DNA of 64,000 bases, from NCBI GenBank assembly GCA_041665305.1, contig JBAYJD010000008.1:9209-73208 (forward strand), given 5' to 3'. The stretch is from Elusimicrobiales bacterium (GTDB lineage Bacteria > Elusimicrobiota > Elusimicrobia > Elusimicrobiales > UBA9959). Positions 45,890 through 53,730 of this stretch are shown piece after piece. The position numbers were made by a program, and so were the translations under genes. Below the pieces are notes generated by a model. The model was not told the origin of the DNA, searched no databases, and saw only the letters and a program-made list of their open reading frames with translations. Within the stretch, counting starts at the first letter, position 1; every line of letters starts with the position of its first letter.

Positions 45890-48556
45890 GTGGGTAATGA
45901 TATGAATAGCGCAAACAACTTGAATTACTACCTGTTCGCAGACAAACGGTTCTATGAGCCCATGGATTATTGCGTGGTAAATGAGGGCGATTATTTTGAT
46001 TTCGTCCGAAGCCAGGCTGATGCGGAATGGAAGTTTGTCAGAAGCGGTATCTGGATAAACTGTATATACCTTAAACATACGATGCCTCTTCAGGGCTGGA
46101 AAATACATTTGTCGGCGACTCATTCGGATTCTGAAGGCATTTTCAGCGCGGCGGCAGAGTTTCTTATGGCGAACAAGGTGACTTTTAAGTTCCTGTTAGA
46201 CAAAAAAACATTGGCGATAACCAATTCAAAAGGCTGGTCTCGCGGCGCTTCCGGGAAATTTATGACGGTGTATCCGACGGATCCGGAGCACTGCAAGTGG
46301 CTGCTGGAAAAACTGCATTCACTGACGGCGGATTTTTGCGGCCCGTATATCCTCTCTGATATGCGTTATAAAGACAGCAAAGTCCTGTACTACAGATATG
46401 GCGGATTCAGGCCGAATTTACGGCTTGATGTGAATGGGAAACGTATCCCGGTGCTGGTTTCCCCTGATGGAAAAGAGGAGGCCGATGTGCGGCCGCCGTA
46501 TTACCGTCTCCCCGGATGGGTGGATGAGATATTCCCGAAGAAGAATACAAATGAGTCTGGTGGCGGATTGAATAACGGGAGATATGCAGTTGAGAGATCT
46601 CTGCATTTCTCCAATACAGGCGGGATATATATCGCCTATGACAATATCGGGAAAAAAAGAGTTGTGCTGAAAGAGGCGCGTGCGCATGTCAACGCGTTCG
46701 CGGAAAATGTGGACGCCGCCAGAATGCTTAAGAGGGAGTATGATATCCTGAAAAAAGTCGGGAACTGCGGCATCGCGCCGGAGCCGGTTGAATTATTCAG
46801 GGAATGGGAGCACCTTTTCCTGGCGGAAGAATATCTGGAGGGTTATATCACGCTTCACGCTTTCGCCGCGCAGAACAGTATTCTGCTGGAGGCGCGCCCT
46901 ACCGAAGAGAAGGTTAAATCCTACCTGGAAAAATATATCGCAATTTTCAGAAAACTCGCGGGAATTATTGAGGCCCTTCATTCCCGGAATATCATATTCG
47001 GGGATTTTTCGGTCAATAATGTCCTGGTCAATCCCGCCACGCTGGATATAAAAATTATCGACCTGGAAGGGGCGCTTGTGGAGGGCGAGGAGGAAGCTTA
47101 TAAACTTTTTACACGCGGGTTTGCCGCCGTCGAGCAGGTCAAGGGGGCGGCGCCTACGCGGGAAAGCGATTATTACGCATTCGGCGCGATAATGCTGTAT
47201 ATGCTGACGCATATAAACGGGATTCTGGATTTAAAGCCTGATGCCGGAACTGAAGCATTGCAGATGGTGGGCCGGGATTTTGGCATACCTGTAAAGTTGA
47301 GAAGGATTATAAATACCCTCATGCACTCCGATCCCGCGAAGCGGCGGGGCCCGGGTGTTTTGCGCGATCAGAAGCAGGAAACTGCTTTAAGGAAGACATG
47401 CGCGGTCAGATTGTCCGCAGCTGCTCCCCGGTTGTCCAGGAAGTACATTACTGATACCGTGCGGTCGGCATGCAGCTTTATTGAATCGAGCGCGGACTAC
47501 GCCAGGAAAGACAGGCTCTTTCCCGCAGACCCGGAAATTTTTGAAACGAATCCGCTCAGTCTTGCGCATGGGGCCGTAGGGGTTCTTTATACATTATCAA
47601 AACTCGGACGCAAGCCTGCTCCCGAAATGCTGCAATGGGTGCGCCAGCATGAAATTTCCGGCAAAAATTGTCCGCCCGGCTTATATCCGGGAATGTCCGG
47701 CATAGCCTGGGGACTGCTTGAGCTTGGCGATAAGGCTGGCGCCGAGGCTGTGTTCGGTAAAACATTCAATTCCCCGCTTTTAGCTGTTTCTTCATCGCTG
47801 TATACCGGCCTGGCCGGTTGGGGGATGACCAATCTTAAGTTCTGGCTGGCCACCCGCAAGGAAATTTACCTGGACAATGCCAAAAAGGCGGGGGAAACAT
47901 TGCTTGATTCCGCGCGCAACGATTCTCACGGTGCGCACTGGCCTGATCAGGCCGGCAAAGTGCCTATCGGGCTGGCGCACGGAGCGGGAGGAATAGGTCT
48001 TTTCCTGCTGTATCTTTACGCGGCCACCGGCAATCAAAAATACCGGCAAAAAGCCGTGGAGGCATTGGATCACGACATCGCTTATGCCGATGCGTTCGGA
48101 AACGGTAATATGGCCTGGGCGAAGACAGCCGGAGAGAACGGGGCGCTTTACCCTTACTGGGAATACGGCAGCGCCGGTATCGGAATTGCCTGCCTGCGCT
48201 ATTTCAGCGTGTTAAAGGAACCTAAGTACATGAAACTTGTGGAAAAGATATATGAAAGCTGCGCGACAAAATATGCGATTTTCCCAGGAAGAAATATGGG
48301 CATGGCAGGTCTGGGCGAGTTTCTGCTTGACGCTTATGCCGTGACAAAAGACGTAAAATACCTCAATAGCGCGCACAGTGTCGCAAGCGGATTCAAACGT
48401 TTTGCGATACGAAGCCCAAAAGGCGTCGCGTTCCCCGGCGACGGTCTGGCACGGATAAGTTGTGATTACGCCGCCGGGATGAGCGGGATCATACTGTTCC
48501 TCGACCGGCTGGTGTCAGGCCGGCCTGCGGATTTTATGCTTGATGAATTGCTTTAA
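45890..48556 (+). CDS. class III lanthipeptide synthetase (LanKC: lyase-kinase-cyclase)
   Basis: Central kinase-like VVLKEARAH, FGDFSVNNVLVN, IIDLEGA. C-terminal LanC-like GxxG repeats (SLAHGAVG, GMSGIAWG, GLAGWG, GLAHGAGG). The Zn-ligand positions read WEYGSAG and GRNMGMAG rather than WCxG and CHG, as expected for class III. Start is GTG 45890 or ATG 45902. Confidence 0.85.
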   Translation: MGNDMNSANNLNYYLFADKRFYEPMDYCVVNEGDYFDFVRSQADAEWKFVRSGIWINCIYLKHTMPLQGWKIHLSATHSDSEGIFSAAAEFLMANKVTFKFLLDKKTLAITNSKGWSRGASGKFMTVYPTDPEHCKWLLEKLHSLTADFCGPYILSDMRYKDSKVLYYRYGGFRPNLRLDVNGKRIPVLVSPDGKEEADVRPPYYRLPGWVDEIFPKKNTNESGGGLNNGRYAVERSLHFSNTGGIYIAYDNIGKKRVVLKEARAHVNAFAENVDAARMLKREYDILKKVGNCGIAPEPVELFREWEHLFLAEEYLEGYITLHAFAAQNSILLEARPTEEKVKSYLEKYIAIFRKLAGIIEALHSRNIIFGDFSVNNVLVNPATLDIKIIDLEGALVEGEEEAYKLFTRGFAAVEQVKGAAPTRESDYYAFGAIMLYMLTHINGILDLKPDAGTEALQMVGRDFGIPVKLRRIINTLMHSDPAKRRGPGVLRDQKQETALRKTCAVRLSAAAPRLSRKYITDTVRSACSFIESSADYARKDRLFPADPEIFETNPLSLAHGAVGVLYTLSKLGRKPAPEMLQWVRQHEISGKNCPPGLYPGMSGIAWGLLELGDKAGAEAVFGKTFNSPLLAVSSSLYTGLAGWGMTNLKFWLATRKEIYLDNAKKAGETLLDSARNDSHGAHWPDQAGKVPIGLAHGAGGIGLFLLYLYAATGNQKYRQKAVEALDHDIAYADAFGNGNMAWAKTAGENGALYPYWEYGSAGIGIACLRYFSVLKEPKYMKLVEKIYESCATKYAIFPGRNMGMAGLGEFLLDAYAVTKDVKYLNSAHSVASGFKRFAIRSPKGVAFPGDGLARISCDYAAGMSGIILFLDRLVSGRPADFMLDELL

Positions 48557-48566
48557 GGAGAATCCA

Positions 48567-50117
48567 ATGTTTAAGAATATGCGGCTTATTGTTCGGCCTT
48601 ATACAACCTCGTTTACCCTCGCATTGGCGGGCGTGGTCGCTATGGATGCGGTCATGAGCCTGCTCAATCCGCTTTTATTGAAATACATATTTGATGAGGG
48701 AGTGATAAAAAAGGATTTCAGGCTGTTTATTGTGGTTACTGTCGGGTTTATGATCCTTGCGACCTTATTCCGGTTGTTCTCTTTATGGAACAACCTTTAC
48801 GTGCAGGATCTGAAAAACAGAATACTTAAACGGCTTATAGGAAGCATGCTGGAAAGCTACTATAAAATGCCGTATATACAGGTCATGAAGAATAAAACCG
48901 GCTATTATACCTCAAGGATTTATGACGAGCCGCTGAGCGCCTCATCCACGGCGATAGATCTCGCTTTCGCGGTATGCCCGGCCGCTGTTTCGTTTCTTGT
49001 GGCGTTTGGGGTTGTTGTTTTCTTGTCGATCAAAGCCACGTTTGCGCTGGTGCTTACGGTGCCGTTCCTTATAATGCTCGCAAATAAATACCATTCCGAG
49101 ATCAAGCAGCATTCCCGCGACGAAAAAGAGGGGGAGGGCGAGTTGCGCGGCGTTATAACCGGTTCTGCGGAATCATATCGTACCGTCAACCTGTTCGGCC
49201 TGCATTCCGCGGTGCTGTCAAAAATTAACGAGAAGTTCGAAAAGTACACGACAAGTCTTAATGCCCGTGTCAGAAACAGCGCAAAACATAACACTTATGG
49301 CGCTATTTTCATGTCCTACGGCGAAATGCTGGTTATAATCGTCTGCGGATACGCGATTTTGAAAGGGGAGATGAGTTTCGGGGGATTCATGGCTTTTATG
49401 AACGCATTCTGGCTTGCCGTCGGCAATATGAGAACGCTTGTGCAGAAAATACCTGAATTCTCACGGAACTCAATGGCGTTGCATCGGTTGGCGGAGTTCG
49501 GCATGCCAGCTTCAGAAGCGGCTGGTACCGGCGGTGGAACCGGGATCGGCGCAATTACACTTGAAAACGTGGGGTTCAGCTATGGTGATAAGCAAGTATT
49601 TTCAAACCTGAGTTTCAGCGCGGGCAAAGGCGAAAAATTGCTGCTAAGCGGCAAGAACGGCTCCGGAAAATCCACGGTGGCGAATATGCTCTCCGGATTC
49701 CTCGCGCCGGATAATGGGACCGCGCGGATTCTGGGCGTTGAAAAGACCAGCGCCTGCGTCTCCCCGCATCACTTCGCGCCTGGCACATTACGCGACAACC
49801 TGAAATTCGATAGCCATACGGACGAACAGCGCCGATACCTGAATGGCGTGCTGGCGGACTTCAAGCTGACGGAAAGTCTTGATAAGAGCCCTGATGCGCT
49901 GTCCGCCGGGCAGAAGAAAAAGGCCGAGATCGCTATGGGGTTGATGAAAGACGCTGAATTGTTTCTGTTCGACGAACCTCTCGCCAACGTGGACGTGGAG
50001 AGCAAGCCGATAATAATGGAGCATATCTTTAACCGGACCAAAGATAAAATCCTGGTAGTTGTAATGCATGGGGATGATGAATTCCGTGGGCAGTTTACCA
50101 GGATGGTGAGTTTATGA
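48567..50117 (+). CDS. ABC transporter, fused permease/ATPase (peptide exporter)
   Basis: Six N-terminal TM helices. Walker A GKNGSGKST, signature LSAGQKKK, Walker B LFLFDEP. RBS aaggag. Confidence 0.85.
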   Translation: MFKNMRLIVRPYTTSFTLALAGVVAMDAVMSLLNPLLLKYIFDEGVIKKDFRLFIVVTVGFMILATLFRLFSLWNNLYVQDLKNRILKRLIGSMLESYYKMPYIQVMKNKTGYYTSRIYDEPLSASSTAIDLAFAVCPAAVSFLVAFGVVVFLSIKATFALVLTVPFLIMLANKYHSEIKQHSRDEKEGEGELRGVITGSAESYRTVNLFGLHSAVLSKINEKFEKYTTSLNARVRNSAKHNTYGAIFMSYGEMLVIIVCGYAILKGEMSFGGFMAFMNAFWLAVGNMRTLVQKIPEFSRNSMALHRLAEFGMPASEAAGTGGGTGIGAITLENVGFSYGDKQVFSNLSFSAGKGEKLLLSGKNGSGKSTVANMLSGFLAPDNGTARILGVEKTSACVSPHHFAPGTLRDNLKFDSHTDEQRRYLNGVLADFKLTESLDKSPDALSAGQKKKAEIAMGLMKDAELFLFDEPLANVDVESKPIIMEHIFNRTKDKILVVVMHGDDEFRGQFTRMVSL

Positions 50118-50126
50118 TGCGGTTTT

Positions 50127-50205
50127 CTCATTTTGAGAAAAGAGATCCCATAAGTTTTCATTGATGGGGTTTGTCAAAATGAGAGTAAGTATCTTAAAAT
50201 GAAAC
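50127..50205. promoter_or_regulatory. enhancer-like repeat array upstream of the second precursor operon
   Basis: Palindrome TCTCATTTTGAGA (50127-50139), TTTCATTGA (50157), TCAAAATGA (50174), TTAAAATGA (50194). The last two are 20 bp apart. The array ends ~87 bp before the promoter. Confidence 0.55.
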
Positions 50206-50280
50206 ATTGTTGTCTGGCTTTTAAATCCTTTGCATCCCGGACTGTTGAATTTTCCCAATGAAGGCAATTAAATTTGATAA

Positions 50281-50299
50281 CTGCCATAAAAATTGCTCC
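50281..50299 (+). promoter_or_regulatory. variant -24/-12 element, copy 3
   Basis: CTGCCATAAAAATTGCTCC. Lies 43 nt before the ATG at 50342. Confidence 0.6.
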
Positions 50300-50341
50300 G
50301 TAGTGGGTGTAAGTGCAGAAAACCACTAAAGGAGAACTTAA

Positions 50342-50509
50342 ATGAACGCAATGCAGATGAACCTTAACAATACGGACGAAAATAACTTCACTTCCGGGTT
50401 CAACCGTGCGCCTGAGTTGGAGGATGTGTTTATGTCTGGTTTCAACCGCGCGCCAGAGCTGGAAGAGAGTTTTACTTCCGGTTTCAATCGCGCTCCCGAA
50501 CTGGCCTAA
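50342..50509 (+). CDS. repeat-containing RiPP precursor (55 aa), absent from the ORF track
   Basis: MNAMQMNLNNTDENNF-TSGFNRAPELEDVF-MSGFNRAPELEESF-TSGFNRAPELA. RBS aaaggag. Three 14-codon units with SGFNRAPEL invariant while 8 of its 9 codons differ synonymously between units. Confidence 0.8.
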   Translation: MNAMQMNLNNTDENNFTSGFNRAPELEDVFMSGFNRAPELEESFTSGFNRAPELA

Positions 50510-50521
50510 TCTGGTTATGAT

Positions 50522-50553
50522 CCGGGCCGGGGACAGTAAAGGTCCCGGCCCGG
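50522..50553 (+). terminator. GC-rich hairpin between precursor and radical SAM gene
   Basis: ccgggccgg(g)gac / gtcccggcccgg, a 12-bp stem with one bulge. No U-tract. Confidence 0.5.
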
Positions 50554-50566
50554 TTCCGGAGCTTAT

Positions 50567-51703
50567 ATGACAAAACCATTTTTCTCTTATTCCACTCCAC
50601 GAATAAACAGCCTTGTATTCAAGCTGGTGGACTATTGCAATCAAGGTTGCACTTATTGCTACCGTGAAAACGACAAAGAGCGTCCAGTGCGCATAATGTC
50701 AGATGAACTGATAGAAACTACTATCGTGAAATATATAGATTTTCTTAAGTCCAAAGGAAACGCCCGCAGCGTAGTATATCTGATCTGGCATGGCGGGGAG
50801 CCATTGCTGGCAGGAATCAGTAAGTTCAGGACGATAATGGAAATACAGGCGCAGCTTGCGGCCAGGTATGAGGTCGGTTTTGTGAATTCCGTGCAAACCA
50901 ATGGGGTCTATATTGATGAGGAATGGGCAAAGTTCTTCAACGAAAACAGGTTCCTGGTCGGGGTGAGCCTGGACGGCCCTAAGCAGATTCATGATATCTA
51001 CAGAAAAAACAAAGGCGGAGTTTCCACCTTCGCGGAGACGATGCGCGGGATCAAATTGCTGCAAGCGCACAAAATAAAAACTAATCTTATCGGTGTTGTA
51101 ACCAATGAGAGCGCTCCGCACGCCGATATGATGTATGAGTTTTTCAGGGATTTTGGCGTGCAGGACATAGACCTCATCCCTTGTTTTGATTATAACGATC
51201 CGCTTACCTTGTCGCCGGAGCTGTACCGCGCTTTTATGGTTACGATTTTTAAGCGGTGGCGTTCGGACGGATTTGCGCCGCTGAGAATAAGGTTCCTTTC
51301 CGATGTTTTGAAAAAGATCTCGGTGCTGCGTTCCGGCGGTTGCGCTACTATAGGCTGCGAGCTTATGGGCGGCTGCGGGCAGAACTGGTCCATAGGCGTG
51401 GAAGGGGAAGTATATCCGTGCGAGTGCCTCACCCCGATAAAGCGCATGGAGCTGGGAAATATTATGGAATCTTCTTTTGAAGGGCTCATGTCCTGCGGCG
51501 CTTTCACTAACGTGAAATCGGAGAACAATGATATCGCGCAAGATTGCCGCGACTGCGACGTGCTGGCGGTATGCCGGGCAGGCTGCCTCAACAGGCGTCT
51601 TAAGGATTATAAACTTGACGGGAAAAGGGACCCTTACTGCCTTGCCCGCCGTGACGTGATCAAACTTGCCCTGGAGGATGCGTATGCAATCCCGGCTAAA
51701 TAA
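50567..51703 (+). CDS. radical SAM/SPASM-domain peptide maturase
   Basis: CNQGCTYC (CxxxCxxC), WHGGEPLL. C-terminal Cys clusters GGCATIGCELMGGCGQ...YPCEC and CRDCDVLAVCRAGC typical of SPASM auxiliary clusters. Confidence 0.85.
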   Translation: MTKPFFSYSTPRINSLVFKLVDYCNQGCTYCYRENDKERPVRIMSDELIETTIVKYIDFLKSKGNARSVVYLIWHGGEPLLAGISKFRTIMEIQAQLAARYEVGFVNSVQTNGVYIDEEWAKFFNENRFLVGVSLDGPKQIHDIYRKNKGGVSTFAETMRGIKLLQAHKIKTNLIGVVTNESAPHADMMYEFFRDFGVQDIDLIPCFDYNDPLTLSPELYRAFMVTIFKRWRSDGFAPLRIRFLSDVLKKISVLRSGGCATIGCELMGGCGQNWSIGVEGEVYPCECLTPIKRMELGNIMESSFEGLMSCGAFTNVKSENNDIAQDCRDCDVLAVCRAGCLNRRLKDYKLDGKRDPYCLARRDVIKLALEDAYAIPAK

Positions 51704-52877
51704 AAACGCCTGGTTATTGTTGTCAGCCGTAGCCATTTCATCCGTAGGGGATTGGCTCAATATCCTTGCCCTGATTACTGTGTTTAGCAAGGCGTATGGG
51801 GCGGCAAGCGTGGCATTCCTGATGGCGATGCGGGCTGTTCCCGGCGTCCTGCTGGGGCCGTGGGTTGCCAATCACATAGATCGCTTTCAGAAAACACGCG
51901 TACTCATTTTTTTAAGCGTCGCTCAGGCAGCCCTGGCGTTAACATTGGGCGTTCTCTCTGACCGTTGGGCGCTTCTCGGCGCGGCGGCGGCGCTTTCCAC
52001 GCTTAATTTGTTCTCCGCCCCTTTGATCAAGGCTCTCCTCCCCACGGTATGCAACTCCGCATCGCTTAGCCGCGTGAATTCGTATTTCGCATCTATACAG
52101 TCAAGTTCCTATGTTCTGATACCGCTTCTTAGCGGGGTGCTGATATCAATCTTTGGCCCGGCGGCATGTTTTAATATAGATGCGGCGACATTTGTCGTCT
52201 TTGGCGTAATGATCGCAGCTGTGCATGTTTCTGATGCGGGGCGTGTCGGCGTTCAGGGGGGGGCGGTAGAGTCCGGGAGTCTCTTCAGGGATCTGCTAAA
52301 TACGCCTGATCTAAAGCGGACATTGTTTGCTTTTGCAGTGGCGGGATTTTCACTGGGGACGATCTACTCGGTGGAGATTTCTTTTTTCGCCAAATACCTG
52401 AATGTAGATCCTCGCGGTTACGGAAGCTTTGTGGCGATCGCCGGCGCGGGTGTGTTGATGGGATCCCTGCTCTGCGGGCGGTTTACGGCTTCGGCAACGC
52501 TTGAGCGGGTGTTTGTAGCGGGGCTTGCCTTATTCGGGACAATGACGGTGCTCTTTTCTTTTAACCGCAGTTTGGTTGTGGCGATCGGGTTGATTATGCT
52601 GTCAGGATTCGGAGAGGGCCTGTTTTCCGTTTCAGGCACCATCCTCGTCCAATTACAATCGCGCGCGGACCGGTTGGCCGGAAATTTTACACTGCTTGGC
52701 GTTTTGTCCAAGAGCTTCAGTCTTTTTGCGATGCTTGTAGCCGCAATGTTTATGGATTACATGCAGCCGGCAGGATTGTTGCTTGTGGCGGGGCTGGTTG
52801 CATTGGGTGTAGCTGCGGTATGGGGCGTAACAAAAGCTCAGGTCAGCAATGTTGCTGCGCCAAAATGCGCCGAATGA
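51684..52877 (+). CDS. MFS transporter (putative peptide exporter)
   Basis: 12 predicted TM helices. N-terminus LLLSAVAISSVGDWLNILAL typical of the MFS_3/EntS-like group. Overlaps the rSAM 3' end. RBS ggagg. Confidence 0.75.
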   Translation: MQSRLNKNAWLLLSAVAISSVGDWLNILALITVFSKAYGAASVAFLMAMRAVPGVLLGPWVANHIDRFQKTRVLIFLSVAQAALALTLGVLSDRWALLGAAAALSTLNLFSAPLIKALLPTVCNSASLSRVNSYFASIQSSSYVLIPLLSGVLISIFGPAACFNIDAATFVVFGVMIAAVHVSDAGRVGVQGGAVESGSLFRDLLNTPDLKRTLFAFAVAGFSLGTIYSVEISFFAKYLNVDPRGYGSFVAIAGAGVLMGSLLCGRFTASATLERVFVAGLALFGTMTVLFSFNRSLVVAIGLIMLSGFGEGLFSVSGTILVQLQSRADRLAGNFTLLGVLSKSFSLFAMLVAAMFMDYMQPAGLLLVAGLVALGVAAVWGVTKAQVSNVAAPKCAE

Positions 52878-52904
52878 ATGCGTTTTGGTGAAAAAGGGCT
52901 ATCG

Positions 52905-52983
52905 GCTCATTTTGAGATAGTAGTTTTGTCTAATCTTCATTGAAAGGATTTTCAAAATGAAAATGTTTATATCAGAATGATAG
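52905..52983. promoter_or_regulatory. enhancer-like repeat array upstream of the third precursor operon
   Basis: GCTCATTTTGAGA (52905), CTTCATTGA (52935), TCAAAATGA (52952), TCAGAATGA (52972). Same order and near-identical spacing as the array at 50127-50205. Confidence 0.55.
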
Positions 52984-53069
52984 GTTTTGTTTGTTCTTAA
53001 ATCCCTGAAAATATCGTCAGGCAGTCATTTCTCCAATGGGGGCGTATGAAATAGGTTGGTTGTCCGCCC

Positions 53070-53088
53070 CTGCCATAAAAATTGCTCC
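53070..53088 (+). promoter_or_regulatory. variant -24/-12 element, copy 4
   Basis: CTGCCATAAAAATTGCTCC. Lies 40 nt before the ATG at 53128. Confidence 0.6.
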
Positions 53089-53127
53089 GTAGGAGGCGTA
53101 AGCAGACATAATATACGGAGGATACAA

Positions 53128-53304
53128 ATGAAACGGATAACGATCAAAATAGCAATAGCGGGGATATCGGCTTTGTTTATAATGGCAGTTTTACTGAAGC
53201 CGCAGCACTTGACTGGCGGCGAGGCCAGCAAAAAGCAGACCGTAGTTCACTATACCAGCGTTGGAGTGTTTCCCAATTCGCCGCTGTTCTATGCGGAGAA
53301 CTAA
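53128..53304 (+). CDS. small peptide (58 aa) with hydrophobic N-terminus, candidate precursor or secreted peptide
   Basis: MKRITIKIAIAGISALFIMAVLLKPQHLTGGEASKKQTVVHYTSVGVFPNSPLFYAEN. RBS acggagg. The longer track ORF from 53056 would begin inside the promoter element. Confidence 0.6.
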   Translation: MKRITIKIAIAGISALFIMAVLLKPQHLTGGEASKKQTVVHYTSVGVFPNSPLFYAEN

Positions 53305-53442
53305 GCAAAGACCCACGGTGGATATAGGTCCAAAGGCCCTTACAAACTTATGAGTCACAGACTACACTATTGTATGATTCTTGACAGCTCGGGGGATTGG
53401 CCTCGGAATATCTGCGACCGGACCTTGATCATGTGTATCCAG

Positions 53443-53487
53443 GGAAAGCAGAATCGAATTTGCTTTTCCTCTTTTAATTGAAAAGCA
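53443..53487 (+). promoter_or_regulatory. two mutually exclusive hairpins (terminator/antiterminator-like)
   Basis: Hairpin 1 is ggaaagca / tgcttttcc (53443-53469), followed by tctttt. Hairpin 2 is tgctttt / aaaagca (53461-53487). Both use the same tgctttt segment. Confidence 0.4.
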
Positions 53488-53529
53488 GTTTCTGAAATGG
53501 CAGAATACAGCAGATAAGGAGAATGCGAT

Positions 53530-53730
53530 ATGACGAACAAAGATAAAGTGATTGTATCGTTCCTGGTGTCCATCGGGATATTTTCTTCCGCCCAAGCGGT
53601 TCGCTATGTTAAGACTCTTGAAATTAGTGAGAAGAACTCCATGATATCCGTGGCCAAACTATCTAATTCCGGCATAGTTCTTTGTGAAGATTCTACCAGT
53701 CGTTCCGGTTTAGATAATCATAAAGGATAA
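53530..53730 (+). CDS. small protein (66 aa) with signal-peptide-like N-terminus, translationally coupled to the radical SAM gene
   Basis: MTNKDKVIVSFLVSIGIFSSAQA... RBS aaggag. Its TAA overlaps the ATG of the next gene (TAATG). Confidence 0.55.
   Translation: MTNKDKVIVSFLVSIGIFSSAQAVRYVKTLEISEKNSMISVAKLSNSGIVLCEDSTSRSGLDNHKG

Noticed and set aside
45635-46123. 162-aa minus-strand ORF covering both lanthipeptide precursor genes and the start of lanKC
   Set aside because: The plus-strand small ORFs have RBSs, the class III leader motif and a shared promoter. The minus-strand frame has no supporting signal.
50699-51871. 390-aa ORF on the minus strand spanning the whole radical SAM gene
   Set aside because: It is antisense to a gene with clear CxxxCxxC and SPASM motifs, has no recognisable motif or RBS of its own, and has an Arg/Ala/Pro-rich composition typical of shadow frames.
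53056-53127. Upstream extension of peptide C (track ORF starts at 53056), and likewise the TTG start at 44294 for the sigma-like gene
   Set aside because: Both extended starts lie inside or immediately at the conserved 19-nt promoter element. The internal ATGs at 53128 and 44339 have proper RBSs at the same distance as in the other operons.
53498-53512. tggcagaatacagca, which resembles a canonical sigma-54 -24/-12 element, upstream of the 66-aa ORF
   Set aside because: The GG to GC spacing is one nucleotide short and the -12 region is AGCA rather than TTGC. It is not conserved elsewhere in the island.
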